Origin: an uncultured virus (IMG/VR IMGVR_UViG_2684622652_000002)
Taxonomy: Duplodnaviria > Heunggongvirae > Uroviricota > Caudoviricetes
IMG/VR virus record: IMGVR_UViG_2684622652_000002
DNA length: 34,650 nucleotides
Direction: 5' to 3' (one strand)
In this document: piece after piece, positions 33,699 to 34,650 of the stretch
Layout of the letters: every line of letters starts with the position of its first letter
Numbering within the stretch: position 1 is the stretch's first letter
The notes under the pieces: model-generated
Seen by the model: the letters and a program-made list of their open reading frames with translations, nothing else
The model's database searches: none
Told to the model about the DNA's origin: nothing
Program-made: the position numbers and the translations under genes

Positions 33699-34650
33699 TA
33701 TGCCGTTCCACCTTGTACGGTATACCACTGAATACCTAATCTTTTTTGCAAAGGCGCATAAGCAATGCCATCAATATTTTCGCCTTGATTATCTTTCCAG
33801 ACGGAGGTAACTACATATCCGGGGGTGTTAGGCCAGGAACCTGCATTGTTCCAGGTAGCCACTGATGTGCCAGCCCCTAATTGAATATCTGCGACGAGAT
33901 TATTATTCAGATGTGTACTTAGCCAGCCGTTCCAGACATTACCAAAAATATCCCCGTTACCAGCCATGCGTGACGCGCCATTTCCTGCCTGCACTTCGCC
34001 TGTAGCTACAGCATTCCCGTTTACTTTCAGGGAAACCATGCTTTCCACAAGATTACCGATGATACGTAATACATGTGTGTAGTTCGAGTAAACATCAAGC
34101 ACGCCATCGCCGTTCTGTTTAAAACCAGTGTCATTATCACCAAGAACGATCGAATTGCCGCCCAGCGCATTGTCAGTACCAATGCTTAACGGGCCGTTTA
34201 GCCTTCCTCCATTAACTGACAGCGCTCCGATATTTTCGGGAGTGGGTTTATTAGCTGTGTTGTAGTCAACAATCCACGGGCGGCTGGTATTCGGTACAGT
34301 TCCCCAGTCCTGACGCTTTGCGTTAGCGCCAATATGCGCGTAGTAGTGCTGAAACCAGACTTCCCCGATTTTCTCAACAAACAGATATCCGTAGCTGTAC
34401 AGCTTGCTGCCATCCGGATAGGTGGGAAAATCAGCGACCGTATCAGAATTCGACACCGCCACCCGCCACCATCCAGGTGTATTAGCTGATGCCATCGTGC
34501 CGTTATCGGTAATTTCTCCGACAGCATCGGCGGAAATGGCCCCCACATCCGACGCCCACAGGGTGATATCACCGGTCAGTGGTTTACTGTTAACCCGGCG
34601 TGTCGCCGGGACGGCATTTTTTGCCAGATTTATCGTTTCGCCTAAACCAA
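33698..34650 (-). CDS. Sv': Silent alternative tail fibre variable segment Sv' (no start of its own; fuses to Sc on inversion)
   Basis: Frame is open back to the crossover site: [38 protein letters not shown]... Contains NSIVLGDNDTGFKQNGDG. Confidence 0.92.
   Translation of the reverse strand, partial: GLGETINLAKNAVPATRRVNSKPLTGDITLWASDVGAISADAVGEITDNGTMASANTPGWWRVAVSNSDTVADFPTYPDGSKLYSYGYLFVEKIGEVWFQHYYAHIGANAKRQDWGTVPNTSRPWIVDYNTANKPTPENIGALSVNGGRLNGPLSIGTDNALGGNSIVLGDNDTGFKQNGDGVLDVYSNYTHVLRIIGNLVESMVSLKVNGNAVATGEVQAGNGASRMAGNGDIFGNVWNGWLSTHLNNNLVADIQLGAGTSVATWNNAGSWPNTPGYVVTSVWKDNQGENIDGIAYAPLQKRLGIQWYTVQGGTA
34623..34650. other. Inner half of the right invertase crossover site (cut by the window end)
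   Basis: Reverse complement of 31495-31522. Confidence 0.9.

Noticed and set aside
33699..33728. Upstream start for U' and a GTG start (34546) for Sv' as an independent gene
   Set aside because: U' ATG 33698 is coupled to the Sv' stop, and the Sv' frame continues to the crossover site, so it is a silent cassette.
1..34650. IS elements, integrase, resistance or virulence cargo
   Set aside because: No transposase, integrase, terminal inverted repeats or resistance gene was recognised in the window.

Overview
A 34.6-kb internal segment of a P1-like phage-plasmid. Gene order follows P1, but the proteins are clearly diverged from it. From left to right the window holds: the 5' end of the ban helicase gene; an ~0.8-kb C1-operator-preceded non-coding stem-loop array; the early uhr-hrdC-dmt operon; a late PAAR/spanin/gp49-family cluster; the plasmid replicon (oriR, repA, incA) and partition cassette (parA, parB, parS); capsid, sheath and tube genes; a prlF-yhaV toxin-antitoxin module where P1 has its lytic replicon kilA-repL; the immI region (C4 RNA, icd, ant1/2); two secreted sim-locus proteins; baseplate and tape-measure genes; and an invertible tail-fibre cassette cut by the window end at its second crossover site. 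The top leads are: (1) a secreted sim-locus protein carrying a 25-aa copy of a tape-measure (Sit) segment that is conserved at protein rather than DNA level, a possible decoy mechanism of superinfection exclusion; (2) the interlocking stem-loop RNA array upstream of ban; (3) an out-of-frame methyltransferase beta-subunit gene nested in dmt; (4) a candidate nucleotide-signal sponge; (5) a gp21 that looks like a T4 gp68-type head core protein; and (6) a candidate +1 frameshift before sit. All homology calls come from recalled sequences, motifs and synteny. No searches or folding programs were run.
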